Notes: generated by a model not told the origin, from the letters alone. Shown: positions 12,787 through 26,509, counted from the first letter of the stretch. The stretch: 64,000 nt of DNA from Nemertoderma westbladi (GCA_032718475.1 JAUCBJ010007473.1:1-64000); one strand, 5' to 3'. Made by a program: numbers and translations.

Positions 12787-13545
12787 ATTTGGGTTCCGTA
12801 AAGGTCGTGTGACCATGTAGCCCATTTTTTCACTTAGAAGGATAATTGAAGAGTTAACAAAAAAGGAAGACAGGCATCTGGCTGTTATCTTTGTTGATTT
12901 CTTCAAGGCCTTTGATTCAGTCTCTCGCTCACGTATGTTCAGCATACTTTCATTATATGGGATACCTGATGAAATTATTGCAGCAATCAGATCAGTATAC
13001 GATGGTTCGACAACATTTGTGTCTACTGTTGACAGTGACACAGAACCATTTGAAGTGTTATGGGGCGTCCTCCAAGGAGACACTCTTGCACCATTCTTGT
13101 TCATTATTGTGGTTGACTATGTTCTACGCATGTCCTTAGATCATTATAATGATGATGGGGTGATGATAACTCCGCCACCTACTGGCTCCAGAAGTCGAGG
13201 AAATCCTGCCAAGTACCTAACTGATCTAGACTTTGCTGATGACTTAGGAGTACTCTCAGAATCATTAGAGGGAGCCCAACGGCTCCTCAGCTCATTAGAA
13301 CATGCTGCTTCTAGTGTTGGTCTTTTTATTAACTCCAGAAAGACCAAAATTCTGACAGTTAACTTTGAAAGCCCTCAGCAAGTCTCTGATCGGATGAGCA
13401 TAAGCTCAAAGGATGGTATGCTTGAGCATGTGGACGACTTCTGTTACCTGGGATCATGGATCCGGAAGTCAGGTGAGGACCTTCGAATACGTAAGGGAAA
13501 GGCATGGGCAGCCTTGAATAGGCTTTCCAGGATTTGGAAGTCTTG
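12787..13545 (+). mobile_element. RTE LINE (family A) reverse-transcriptase fragment
   Basis: FGFRKGR..FVDFFKAFDSV..GVLQGDTLAPFLF..DLDFADDL..DFCYLGSWI. 13316-13542 is near-identical to 37306-37531. Confidence 0.92.
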
Positions 13546-14539
13546 GATTTGGAAGTACAGTATAATAACCTTATTGTCATTATACCAAATTGAAATGCAA
13601 CTTATTATTATTAACCCAAGGATTTGATTGTATATACTGTATTTCATTGTGGGCGAATAGGAACCGTTGCGTTACCGCAACGGTACCATTGGGTGTGAAT
13701 GGGCTCCGGGTAGTTTACCGCTGGCTTACCGCTTCAATAGCGCAAGACTAACCATTGGGACCAAACTACCTGTCAATAGGTAGTTTACCGAACAGGTAGT
13801 TTACCCCTCACGCACTGTTGGATGTGAACGGGCCTTTAGGTGAATATATCTGGCGCAAAGTAAGACTCTTGGCGCGGAGCGACAGGGCTCTCAAAGCTCG
13901 TGCTCGTGCTCTCAACGATCTTAAAGATCGTGTGTCAAAAGTGAAGAAGCGAGAACAAGAATTTGCCACAAAAAATTTCGCTCGCTTCACTCGCATTTCA
14001 TTTACATTTTATATTGTTACATGTTACAATCACTCTAATCATAAATTGATTCAATTTGAGTTTTGTGTGTTTTTTATCCTTCCTATGTATACATGTGCTA
14101 AAAGTGCCATTTCCACCACCTGGTGTCGTTTTTGACCCCATTCAGTTGAATGTGATTTTTCCCCCAATATATATGGTAGGCCTACCGTTTCTTCATGCCT
14201 TTATTTTGTTACACTCCCCAAAATAGTGTTCCATTCCATAATTTATGAAAATTGAACAATGTCTAGAGGGTCCACACTCACACTAAAGCACATGGCCAGT
14301 TCCCGCCCTTGGCACAAGTGAGTCATATTCCCCATTTTTGTGATGATCAACTTCTAGTATTCCTACTGCATTATTGATATTAATTATGGTCATCAGAATC
14401 GCACTGACCGATTTAATTGGAGTACAGTAGACACCTTCAAAACAACCATAGAGAGCGAATCGTTTTTGAGATATTGCAGTAAGTATGAAGTCTGGCACAA
14501 GTCAAAATTAGTGCCTTGAAGCGATATTGACAAATACAG

Positions 14540-15102
14540 TGTTAGCTTATTCAATTCCGCTAACCACCCCATAAAGTGAGCCTTAAGCAATATTGGGGAA
14601 CACGAGGTCGACTATCAATCAACCTCGTGTCACCCCAACAAAGTGGGAAGGAGAAACCCCAAAGAACACACGCACAATAGGGGTCAGGGGTTATACCCCT
14701 GAGAGAGAGGGAATAGCAGGGGTAAAGGGAAGTACTCCAAAGGGAGGTAAAAGGGCGACAACAGGGTTATTAGCCAATGGGGGGAAGGCATCGGCTGAGT
14801 AGTGTTATGCGGCCAACCGTGCAATATATATTACCAGTCTTTATGTCATTTGTCCAGTTATCCCAGTACAGTCAGGCAGTACGGTGACAGTTAAGACCGT
14901 CACCACCGTCACCAACTACCTATATTATAACATACCGGTAACCTGTGCTATCTGTTACTGTTTCTCATTTACATTTATATCGTATCACACATATATCATT
15001 AACAAGGACACTGGAACGAACTATTACCTTTTCCATTCACACGGCGGGGACGCGTACGAAGACAACACCGGAGAAACCGGGATCCTCTCGGATCCCGTCA
15101 CA
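14540..15102 (+). repeat. 5' LTR (563 bp)
   Basis: TGTTAGC...CCGTCACA; about 4 substitutions seen relative to the 3' LTR. Confidence 0.95.
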
Positions 15103-16651
15103 GTCTTAACTCTAGGAGCTGCCGGGCTGTAACTACTAAAGATGAGTCAAGGGAGAGAGACGACACCGCCGCGGACCCCGGACGACAACCTAACGATCCG
15201 CGAGGCCACAGCGAGACGGTATCGACCCACGACGCCGCATCCGTCGACTACAGACGATCCGGCAATCCAAGAGAAGGGGGGCCGTCTACAACGAGAAGGG
15301 AGAGATGAGTCGAGAGGGGAAAGAGACGAGTCGACACAGCGGCGGTCGATGTGCCGATGTCGCCAGCCAGCCACAGGCCGAGGGCGATGGACGGCCCACC
15401 GTGTTCGCGCTTTTAGACCTTTAGCAGTTTAACCTGCCAAATTTAGGTGTCTTCTAGGTTATAAATCGACTTTAGCCTATAACAAGTATTTGATACACAT
15501 AAAGCTACATTAGCCGAAGCCAGCCTATGCGCGATCATTCACCCACGGTTAAGGGAGACTGGATTCGGATGCTCTGACCTTATTGTGGTGTAGGCCTACT
15601 GTACTATTCGATTGATCGTTACTATAATATCTCTGACAAATATTATTCACTTTCGGGAAATATTAACAGTTCCTTTAGGACGTGGCGCTCTAAGTATGTA
15701 AACAGAGTTATGACTTACACTAAACACAATGGGATGGCTATTGATTTTCGTATAAGGCGCATTCTTTAGGAAATGCTTTGTTACCTGTCACACTCATGCA
15801 CACTACCTCACACTGCTGCACATTGATCTGCCGACCTTCACTAAATTTGATCATATATAAGGAGAACAGCAACTGACACATGTAGGGTCTATGAAATAGC
15901 ATTCAATTCACTCCAAAACCACTATAATGTAAGTCGCAATTGCTATATGTAACCGGTCTCTCTAACCTTCAGTATATCAAGAAGATTGGGGTTTTATGAT
16001 TATTCATCGATATTCTCCAAATATAACAACATATCAATCAACTTCTAACAATTAATAACCGACAGTAAATAGCAGTAAAATAATGCGGTGAAAGGTAAGG
16101 TGAGTCTGGTATGCCAGGTATGGCAGGATAACAGTTATACGTTTCTATGATCAAAGCCGTTCTAATGTTTGGCTAAAGTCTGAAACACAGAATAATTCCA
16201 CAGCCGATGTTCTGGGCTCAGGAAAAAAGGTAAACAAAGACCATAATGCATTACGCGATTTCCTGGAGGCTTCTGTGCAAATAAAATGAAAATCGCTCTG
16301 ATTGGTCGAGCCGAACAAAGAACAAAGAAAAGCTCTACGTGGACATATCAGCTGATAGATGTCGTCATCTGAACTACACTGTATCAAGAGTATTTTGGCG
16401 TATTGCAGCATAAAATCGCTAGTTATGTCCACTAAAGTACACATACAGAAAAATGGCTTTTTATGTCCACTAAAACACCTACACAGTAAGAAAACGGCTT
16501 TTTATGTCCGCTAAAACACCTACAGAGTACTTTGCGGGGAAAATGACTAGCTAGATCCGCAAAAGCCTTTACACCGCTCCCAGAAAATGGGATTTAATTC
16601 TATAAAATATAAAAAATCACAGTTTCTAAAATATAAAAATACTCTAAACAG

Positions 16652-18063
16652 TTAGTCTTTCTTGCGTGGACGGCGTTTACGCAGTTTTTTGAGGCTAGCA
16701 AGAGTCCTTTTCTCTTTGGGGCGAGCCACTTTACTAGGAGGGCTATAACTCCTGGGTGAAGGGTGCAATACAATTGCATCGGAAGGTTTAGGATTACGGT
16801 CGGTGTATCCGCCGGTCGAGGTACCTGGTTGATCGATATCAACCTCAGTGGAGCGAGGTCGAACAACCTTGAGAGCGCGTTTTAAGACAGCAGCTCTTAC
16901 TGGTCCCTGACGGGTCGTTTGCACGAGAGCGGTAGGTGGACCGTGTGTAGTGAGAAATTTCCTCGGTTTGATGATTCTTTCCAACTCGCGTTCTTGGGCT
17001 CTATCGGAATCGATATGCTTCTCCTCGAGCTGATTTTTCTCCGCTTGTCGTTGAAAGCATTCGTCCAAACTCTTGCAGGAAGTAGAGTCATCGAAGTTCG
17101 ATATCTTCTTATAGATTCTGGATTTCCTGATCGAACTGAGATAAAGCTAATTCGTTTACCGCTTGGACTTGCTGCTGCAATTTACGTTTCTCTAAACATT
17201 GTAGGTTCCTTTTCCGATCTTTTGACGAATAGTGTCCAACGCGTTTCGTAGAACTCTCTCCTCCACCTCGGGGACAGGTTGTATCGGGTTAAACCGGGAC
17301 GATGATACGGTTGAATGGCGATATTAGATGTCTGCGTCCCAATCCGGCTAGGTAAGATGGGCGAATATTTAGGGAGCCCACAACCGGAGTGCCACCGACT
17401 AATTGTTCGGGTAACACTAGATCTTTGAACAGTGAGTACAGTTCGGGAGGATCCGTGTTACTATTAGGATCAAGAGTCTGAGGTCTCACTAGGGAGTGAG
17501 GAGGTCTGACCGAGTATTCCGGAACTCTGATCATAGGTTTATTTAAGGATCATTTAAGTCGAGCGAGCGTAGGTGATACATTGAACAAGTTTCGTTCGAA
17601 ACTCCCGTAAATATAGCGAGTAAAACTGTGTTTAGAGCAACATCTCCGCGGATGTTTATGTCTTTCCGTTTGTTGGTTGGGTCTTAGGCATTCATCGCAA
17701 TAATACCAAAGACGCACATCTTGTAGGGGAAACGCGGGTGATATTTATTCGGTTTTACCATGTTTCTCTCAAGAATTCCAAATATACGTTGGAGTTACCG
17801 CGTTTATCAGGTTCTTTAAAATCTTCTCTTTCGAGTCGATTTCGAATAGAATTTTCGCATTCGATTTTCAGTTTATCGTTCCGACTCCGCTGGGTAGGAT
17901 ATTTCAATAGGACCATTTCCCTTTCGGTGTCGACATCGTCCGTATCGTGTAAATCGATAGGATGACCAGTAGTTAAGAAGTCCATATGCGTACCATTACG
18001 ATGCGTTTAGCGAGCAGTGAATTTTCGATAGTCCAATTCACGAGTGAGTTGCTCCTGGGACAT
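16652..18063 (-). pseudogene. Degenerate extra ORF of unknown function (Cys/His patch, coiled coil, basic C-terminus) downstream of BEL pol
   Basis: Collinear minus-strand ORF pieces from ATG 18063 to stop 16652, joined across stops and frameshifts; ends about 70 bp before a GGGAGCGG|TGT PPT/LTR-like junction at 16581-16571. Confidence 0.45.
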
Positions 18064-20029
18064 TGGCGGTTAGATATAACGACCATCGTCCTCTGTAGTA
18101 GTTGGACTAGCGTCGCCGCGTATTAAGCTATCAACAAACGCTTGCAACGGTAGAGTATATCGCTCCCTGATACCAAGATCATCTTATATCAACTCAGTCA
18201 TAGCTGCTATATGAGTTTATCAATATTATAATTAGTTATAATTAGGCTAGCAGGCGTCGCTGCCTACCCCTCACGGCCCCCGGACAGCGCAAGATCCTCA
18301 GCGCTGATGTACTGTTGCCGATGTGCCTATCGCCAACATAGTAGCTGCACAACGACAACAACAACCAGCGTGAGTCACTCCACTGTCCGTCCCAAGGGCT
18401 AAGATTTACTTCAGGTTCTTACAGCAGAGTTAGGGCTACTTTCACAATTGCGACTCGCTACTGTAAACACACTTTAGTAGTAACATTCACCTATAAACGC
18501 ACAAATTCCACACAACTGACACAAACCGCACACATTCGGGCCATTTGTCCGTTAGTCAAGTGCCTTCCAGAATGCCACATTATTATTGGGTATCCTTGGA
18601 TACTAGCAGTGTGCTATTTATTCTTTATGCTATTTAATGGGGCAAGCCTTTATTGTTCTTTTAACTCACTTCTAATTCTAGCGTGGTTGTTGCCATGGTG
18701 ACATTATGGAAAGCTAGCAGTAGAATTAGGGTAATTCTCATGCATACAGATCTGGGATGCTATTTAATAGTAATTCTTTAATTGTCAATATTCCTTTTTA
18801 TACATGATTTTATGAATTTTATCGTCTATTGACTATATATTGGAGATTCTCGCACACTAATATACTTAATAGGGTGAATCTCCGCTCCCATGATCTATTA
18901 ATTAATGGAATTTTGGGAATGTTATAAATTGTATAAAAATGACAATTTATCAAATTCATTAAAAGATATGAATTTAAATTTATTCCCATAAATTTTATTA
19001 TTTAATATTAAATAAACACAATTTTATTCCAGAGCATGTCTGGGGACAAGGATCCTGAATTCTAGGAAATTTGTCCTTTTAAGAGTATCGGTAAGTGCTA
19101 CGATATCTTAATCGACTAGAATTTTAAAGGATCTAATTTTTAACAGATTTTGATTAATAGATTTTCTAGAGTTAACTTGTAAGTATTTACTCTATTGTAT
19201 TTGTTTGACAGATATTTATAAATATTAATAGTTAATATTTAAGATGGGCACCGGTTTATTCCAGAACATGTCTGGGGACGTTAACCACTGATTCTAGAAT
19301 TTAGTCTTTCAAGTATATCGGTGGGTGCCGCGATATCTTAATCGACTAGAATTACAGATGGTCAAAGGGTTTAACAGATTTATTTTGCATTTTACGCTAC
19401 TGTTAAAGGGACATCACGCTACTATATGTATTATTTAATATACGGTATGAGAGCAATATCGCAAAAAGCAATGTCAGTGAGAAGAGGCAAGTCGTTTCCA
19501 AGGTCTACCCAGAGCTTGGTTTAGCCAAGACACGAGGATCTGAATTTTGCATTCCTAATACTCTACTTACCAATAATACTTGAATATAGTAGGAGCTTTA
19601 TTGTACTTTAATAAGTACGGATATTTCATCTTACTGTAGTCACGTATTTATAATGGAATACGGACAGTAAGGAAAGAGAAAAAGAATTATTTCTCGCCGT
19701 CGCACTAAATATATAATATATAAGTAATTAAGTAATAAGACTAATATATATTGCACTAATCTACTAGATAATCGCTAAAATAACATTCTACTAAATAAAA
19801 TTAAAGAAAACGATTATAATAAAATTACATAATAATACATACATAAATATAAAAATAATAAAAACAAATATAAAATAATATAGTGGTTACAATTTCATGA
19901 GTCGGAGTCGGTAAATTCATGACACATTTAAAGGGCATTATTTATATTTTTATGATTTATGTAATATAAATACCTATCTTATTTCTTTTGAAATATTTAT
20001 GCTGGTAATTATTTACAATTTGATATTCG

Positions 20030-20400
20030 AGTTGTTGACTCTGACGCCCCCTCTTATGCTACCAGATCAGTACAGTCGCTATTGAGCAGCGCGGAAAGAG
20101 AGAAGAAAAATTAATATCTGGACGCTTGCGCACAACGTCAGGCTGACTTCTCCCCTTTGGTTACCACAGTAGATGGCGTTCTGGGTACAGAGTACTCCAT
20201 GGTCCTCCGCCGCCTGGCTGAGTTCCTCAGTACCAAGTGGGATAAACCCTACTCCCAGGTAATGTGCTGGGTCCGCACCAGACTGTCGTTTGCGACGCTG
20301 AGGGCCACCTGTGCCTGTTTTAGATCATCCAGATCACGTTGGCGGTGCTCAGGTGTAACGGATGGAGCTGCACTACCTCGATTTACACTCGAGAACTAGA
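20030..20400 (+). mobile_element. CRE-clade (RLE-type) non-LTR retrotransposon C-terminal fragment
   Basis: EKK..Y..AC..RQADFSPLVTTVDGVLG..LRRLAEFLSTKWDKPYSQVMCWVRTRLSFATLRA, homologous to the C-terminus at 30620-30850. Confidence 0.75.
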
Positions 20401-20975
20401 CACTTCCTGCAGCTGGTATTGAATAGTTTGCATTTTCAGGTTGTACAGTTTGCTGGGTTATCAACACTATTTTACTCTATATATGTTTGTCTTCTGTCTT
20501 TCCTCCACTTTTTGGCCATATTTCATTAATATTCTGTGCAGGTTATTGTTATTGTTATTTACAATGAATTGTTATTGATAAATATTAATATATTATTTAC
20601 AATTATTATTATAAATTTTTATTAATCGGAAATAATTCTATAATAAAATAAATATATATTGTCTTTTTAGTGTTAATAAATATATTTAATCCATGTGTTA
20701 ATTTAGTGCAATTTAAATTTTAATTTATTAGAAAAACTGTTGTAATAAATTGTAGATAGTTGGAATGGTTTCAATTTGATTGAATAATTGTTAATGCCCA
20801 TTAGATCACCTACAAATAAAAAAAAATAAATAACCTTACAGTATATTGCGCACCGCACAGTGCATACTGATGTTATTCAATGTTGTAGAGGTTGTTATAC
20901 TATACAGTAAGCCTACGGATATATTCACCTGAAGCAAAATAAGCCGTATAACAAACCATTTATAACCAGACGCTG

Positions 20976-23900
20976 TTACGTTGGGGAGTCCCTAGATGTT
21001 TGTTGGATTAGGGAGGTGGTCTTGGGAAGAGTATCTTGCCTTCCATAGTTTCCGGACAGTTCTCGGTCTCTTTCCAGTAAACATAAACAACCAACTGGGC
21101 GATTGAGTTGTTGTGTTTCAAATACAATTCCAGGTTTCCTCTTCGTCCTGGAATAGTGACGATAGAAACATCGCTTCAAAGACACGACGGCCTTACAAAG
21201 CCGATTCCAGGCGCTATAGTGGTCCATCGCTCCCGGCAGGAGAGGTGAGAGTCCCTCCAGATCTCCAGTCTCTCTCTCTGATCTCCACAACAGATCTGTT
21301 CGCGGTGGGGGAGTTTAGATCCACAGCGTCGTCCCTGGCAATGTGTAGTACAGACAGATCTATCACGGGTTTAAATAACCTTGATTTACTCGTCCGGGTT
21401 TTAGGTTTGACTTTCTCCGCTCCCTTGGCTTGTCTAATCTCAGCCGTGGTAAGATGGGGAGGCCATTCATCTTCTTTACTTAGGAAGTCGGGTTCACCTA
21501 ACCAGTCTGGAGTATCTGTCAGTTCTTGAGGAGTTGCTCCTCTGGAAGCGATGTCGGCTAGATTAATCGTCTTGGGGCAATGTCTCCATTGATATACATT
21601 GGAGTTAATATCGTCATTATCTGAGGAGTATGGTGTTCCCTCAGTTGTGGTCGTCTCTCCCTCACTGATGTCTTCTTCCCATTCACTCTCCTGATGGACC
21701 CGATCTTTGGGTAGCCTTTCCAAGAGTGTCCTATGGGAAGGTCCAGTGAGGTACCAACCTACTCTTGTTCTTCCCGCATAGGTTTGCAGTGGTTGCGGTT
21801 GAGCAGGCCGTTTATCCAATGTCTGAAGCGCCTCATGCGCATTTTGGCCGATGAGTATTTGCACTCCAGGGTAGTCTGTATTAAATCTAGGTGTCTTAAG
21901 CTGCTGGGTGAAATCGTCCTCATCCCAGTTATAAGGTTCCACTTGGCTGGTAGCAAAGTTCTTTATTGCCACCATTTTTGCTGACCTTATACTGTGTTCT
22001 CCTAGTTCATCCTGGGGGGTGGACAACGCGCCTACATAGTAGTCTGTAGCTACTGTAGATTTCCAAACCTGCATAATTCCTGAAAGGTTCAACTTAGTTC
22101 GGAACTTGGGTTGTCCAGCAAAGATGTCTTCGGTTAGTTCTTTGTCGATGAATGTTCTTGTGCTGCCGGAGTCAAGGAGGGCGTTCACTATATAGCTCTT
22201 TTGTGGCCCGTGGACTCTCAACTGCACTACGGGAAATTCTCGGATTCCTACGTTGGAAGTTGGTGCTTTCCAAGATGGTTATCGGTCAGGAGTAGTTAGG
22301 GGGAGCTCACTGTCGGTTTCTTTCTCATACATAAGTGCTCGATACACTGCGGTATTTATTAGGTAACAAGATTCGTTTTCATCGGAGAATTCATCCGTAT
22401 AGAATCCTTCCATCTCAGAACTTTGGTCAGTGTCGTGGGACATCACTGAATTGGACATGTAGTTCGGGCTCACTTACCTGACTCGGGCTGTTTCTTTCGA
22501 ATTCAGTGTGCAACAAGATATGATGTTTCGCGCTGCACTTTGCACACCTTGCGTTGGAGTAACAGGTTCGCTGTTGGTGTCCTTGTCTGAGGCAATTATA
22601 ACACAACCGCTTATCCCACATGACTTCACGTCTATCTTTTAGTGATTTCTTTAAAAATTTATCACACACACTTAAACGGTGGGGCCCATCGCACAGCGCA
22701 CATTTTGGTTTGATGTTACTCACCTTACCTTGGGTAACGTTGTGCACTCTCGTTCTTTCCTCGGGTTTCTTCCGTGAACTCTATTAGGAGACGTAGGAGG
22801 AGTTTTTGTTACCTGTTCTCTCCTGTCATTGGTTCGAGACTTAAATTTACTTACGTCTTTAGGCGCTTTATTGACATAGTAAGATCTTTCAGTGTCTTTC
22901 CCGCTGTCCTCTTCTTGAGAAGCCTGGCTTTCGCCGTCGTCTGTATAACACACTGGTATTACCCTTCTCCTAGAAACGGGTTTCTCACTTACCTTATTTT
23001 CCAGTGTCTTCTCTCTGGACTGCTTTAGGAGCTGTAATTTTACCTCTCCATCTAAGAATGACATGAGATCAGCCATGGTAGGGTCTCTTCGTTGTTGTTC
23101 CATCATATATAAGACTTTCTTGTCCCAGCGTGTACCTACTCCACCCTTTGGTAAAGTAGAGGCCACGGCTCCAATAACCATAGAACTCTGATATTCATGA
23201 GACTTACCTAGCCAATCTAATTGTCTACAGATCTCCTGAATCTCATCGGAAAACTCTATAATCCCGCTGCTAATGAACTTTTGGGATGCTACCAATTTTG
23301 CATACAAATACCTAGCTATGTTATTCCTATTACCATACCTGATGTTTAGTGTATCCCAAACTTGTCTTAATCCATCTGGATGTCCAATAAACTTTAACGC
23401 CATTAACTTGGGAGGTCCTTCCAAACACTCGATGAGGAATCTAAGTTTCTCTCCGTTAGATAGTACAGAGTTCTGTATGTTATCTTTGTAATATTCATTA
23501 AAAGGTAACCATTTCATCTCATCTCCATTGAACTTGACGATCTCTCCCACCTTTACCGCTTGACGGGCTTCGGTTCTAGCCATTTGACGCGTAAAACTTT
23601 CTTGGGCCATCGTGTTATTTAATATCGAGTTATCGGTATATAAATTTCTCGGATTATGATCAGGTCTATATGGAATATCATTGTCAACAGGTTTATAATT
23701 ACCCTTAATAGGGTTTACTATAGGAGTTTCTACTTCACTAGCAGTATAGATGCGTGTAGGCTCCACACCTTGCGCATGAAATACTTCAGACCTAACAGGT
23801 TAACACATTGTTACAGGGGGTGGTGGTATACCCTTTTGTGTATTTACTAATTTATCGCGTTCTAACGCGATGCTCTGCTGCACTTCTTGCAACTGTAACC

Positions 23901-25900
23901 TACTTTCCCTTACTGTTCCCTTGAACTGTTGAACAGTCTCCTGCATCTGCCCGAGTAGGAGATCCATCCCCCGCCGTCCCTCATCCACCCACTCGACCGC
24001 CGACGCGTGAGCCGCCAACATAGTAGCGGGTAGACGAGGGACAACGGGCGACAAATCCTTGATATTTCGCTCGGAGTCCAGGACAGGAACTGTCTCAGGG
24101 GCGGTTCTGTTGGGCACAGGTAGTTTAGTGCTGTGCAAAGGGAAATTAGAGGTAGGTTCTGGGAGTACAGGTGTCTCTATCACCGAAGGGGTGGCTTCGA
24201 GAACAGGCCTAATTATTTCAGGCTCATCTACTATAGTAGGGAGTCTTTCTACTCTAATAATTTGGTCTGTAGGTTCTGTACTACCTAAGTCTGTGCTAGC
24301 TAGTTGCCTTCTCACAGCTGGGGGCAAATCAGGCAATTTCTGACGGTGGGGCATTCTTCTACGCCTGCTGAGACGAGATCTATTTCCTCCGCCTTCAGGA
24401 TCTGTTGTATCGCCTTCATCCGATGATGTAAAGCCCTGTCGCTTGGGGGTGGATCGACTTATCAGCTGCATCTGACTAGCTGTTATCTGTTTATTGAAGT
24501 TGTCTTGCTTCTCTTGAAGATTTTCCAACTCTAGTTGGGTTGTCTCTTCAGATGCCCTCCGTTCTGCTTCTGCCACTGCCACTGCCGCCTTTCTTTCCAC
24601 TTCTACTGCTGCAGCTGCCGCTTTTGCCTCTGCCGCTGCCGCTTTTGCCTCTGCCGCTGCCGCTTTTCTTTCAACTTCTGCGGCCTTTCTTTCAGCTTCT
24701 GCGGCTGCCATTGCCTCTTTCCTTTCAACTTCTGCCGCTGCCGCTGCTGCTATCTTTCTGTCTTCTATACGTTTTTTCTTTACTTGTTCTTCTTGTTCCC
24801 TAACGATGCGGATTCTTTCATCAAATTTAGCTCGATCCGCTTCCAACCTTTCCGCATCTATTGCGTCCAACACATACTTGGCTCCTTCACTATTAGGACG
24901 AAGTCCAGCCAGCCGTCTCCTCAACTCTTTGTCTCCTACAAATCGTTGATAGTTCGACAGGTAGATGTCAATAGCGTCCTTCTTCTGAGGTTTCTCTAAT
25001 GTAACCTCGCTTTCCACCTGAGAAAAGGCAGCGTCTGTTGATTCTCCATGGGTGGAGCGCTCAGCCAGCTGAAATTTCCACTGGGCCGTTCCTTGAACCT
25101 TGAGACTCACCCGCTGGAACCAAGTCTTTACGGCAACTTGCAACGACGTGTCTTGTCTTCTTTTCGAAGCTTCCTCAAAGGCCGATAGGATTAGTCTGAT
25201 TCTTATAATTCTTTCTCGAACTTGATAAAGCAGCTCTCCCTGCTCTTGAGGTCCTTGGGTTTGTTGAAACAGTTGTTCCTCTAATCGCTCCAAAGAGGTG
25301 AAGAATCCCTGTACATATCCTGCTGCCGACCTCTTCCACATAGCTGGATCACTAGTGTCTTTCGTCACTCCCATCCTGTGTATGTCTTCCCAGGCAGCTT
25401 CCGATAAGTCAAACGGGAGTCCGGGTCCGGGGAAGTTCCATTGCGACTCGACAATAGACTTCAGTTCCTCCCTTGTGTATCCCGCATAACTGTCTTTGTA
25501 TACCGAAGGACGAACGGGGGTCGTCGAGGCCTTCAATGCCAGCGCACATACTAAGGGGGAGGCCAGCAGAGGTAGTATCTAAGATTAAGGATGAAAACAG
25601 GGGCGGCATTATACCGCCGAACGACAAGTTGAGAGGTGGCATTTTGATGCCAAGTGGCGAGGAAGTTAAGAAGGCGGCGGAGAGACCCGATTTTAGGGTG
25701 GCGGAAGAGGGAGAACCAATTCCTGGTCAGTTGGAATTGGCGAAGAAAGTGTGGCGAAGAGTAAGAGGACGTATAGGCGGGCAGTGGGAGAGTGCCTACT
25801 GGAAGAAGGGGCACCTTAGAGTTTTAGTCGTCCAATGTTTTGGACTGAGGGGGGTGGGAATGAGGGCGAGACGCCCTTCCCACGCAAAAATAATTATTTA
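20976..25900 (-). mobile_element. BEL/Pao gag-protease with internally deleted pol (pseudogenised)
   Basis: Coiled-coil gag, DUF1759-like KFNGDEMKWLPF..LSNGEKLRFL, triple Cys/His knuckles (CALCDGPH..C, LCYNCLRQGH..C, CAKCSAKHHILLH), protease ALLDSGS, then QWRHCPKTINLADIASRG, YSAWNRL and RPVGCLCLLE. RT and integrase cores are absent. Confidence 0.88.
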
Positions 25901-25990
25901 ATTAAAACGAAAATAATAAAATAATTAAATAATAAAATAAATAGAAAGTCAGAAAGTAAGTAGTAGTTAGTAAGTAGATAGCTAGTTACC

Positions 25991-26507
25991 TTTATTATTA
26001 CCCCAGTCAGATAAGAGATAATAATCAGTAAAAACCAAACTAAACTGTCTTTCATGCAAACAAATTTCTAACTAAAAACGGGTGAATGACCATGACCATG
26101 GAAATAATTTTAAATATAATCGTATATCAACTCTTTGGGGAGGCTTCCAAACCCAAAAACAATTATTTCGTTACATATAATATAGTAAATAACGTTGTAT
26201 GTTCTTCTTCCTCTCATAATAAAATATATATGAAATATCTCTGATCGCTGTGCCCTGAACATTTCACAACCAAAATGTTTCAGTGTGAAAAGTGTAGGCC
26301 TACCACACCCCGCCCAAACAGCCGCAAACGCATAGCCAACAAATTTATCAAAAGTTTACATACATGTTGTGTTCATGACGAGATGAGTGAAAATTGATCG
26401 CGTAATATAAACTAAAAAATTGAGAGTCGGGCCTGGCTCTTCTCCACTTTCTTACCCAATGGAAATGTTGTTGTTATAATCTAATATTGGGGCGGCTTTC
26501 TCTCGTT
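25991..26507 (+). mobile_element. DINE-1/HINE-like non-autonomous Helentron, copy 1
   Basis: Dispersed ~520-bp repeat (inverted copy at 50914-51434). Begins TTATTATTACCCC, ends GCTTTCTCTCGTT, with an imperfect subterminal inverted repeat (CCCCAGTCAGAT / ATCTAATATTGGGG) and no TSD. Confidence 0.65.
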
Positions 26508-26509
26508 AG

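Larger units (their letters stand above)
9307..13835 (-). mobile_element. PIF/Harbinger DNA transposon remnant with nested insertions
   Basis: TIRs A(A/G)GCCCGTTCACATCCAAC at both ends, TTA after the right end, subterminal TACCGC/GCGGTA repeats, and an internal transposase fragment. Confidence 0.75.

Noticed and set aside
14593-14802. Duplicated 69-aa ORF (also 27755-27964)
   Set aside because: Lies within the LTRs and has a non-ATG start; the identity simply reflects LTR duplication.
15103-15130. tRNA primer-binding site after the 5' LTR
   Set aside because: GGAGCTGCCGGG only partly resembles a tRNA-Ala complement and lacks the TGG start; not called.
16652-17068. Polinton/adintovirus core protein (basic tail)
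   Set aside because: No polB, capsid, ATPase or Polinton TIRs nearby; the context is an LTR element.
24059-25901. Plus-strand ORFs inside the LTR element as its own gag
   Set aside because: Antisense shadows of the repetitive minus-strand BEL gag; no retroviral motifs.
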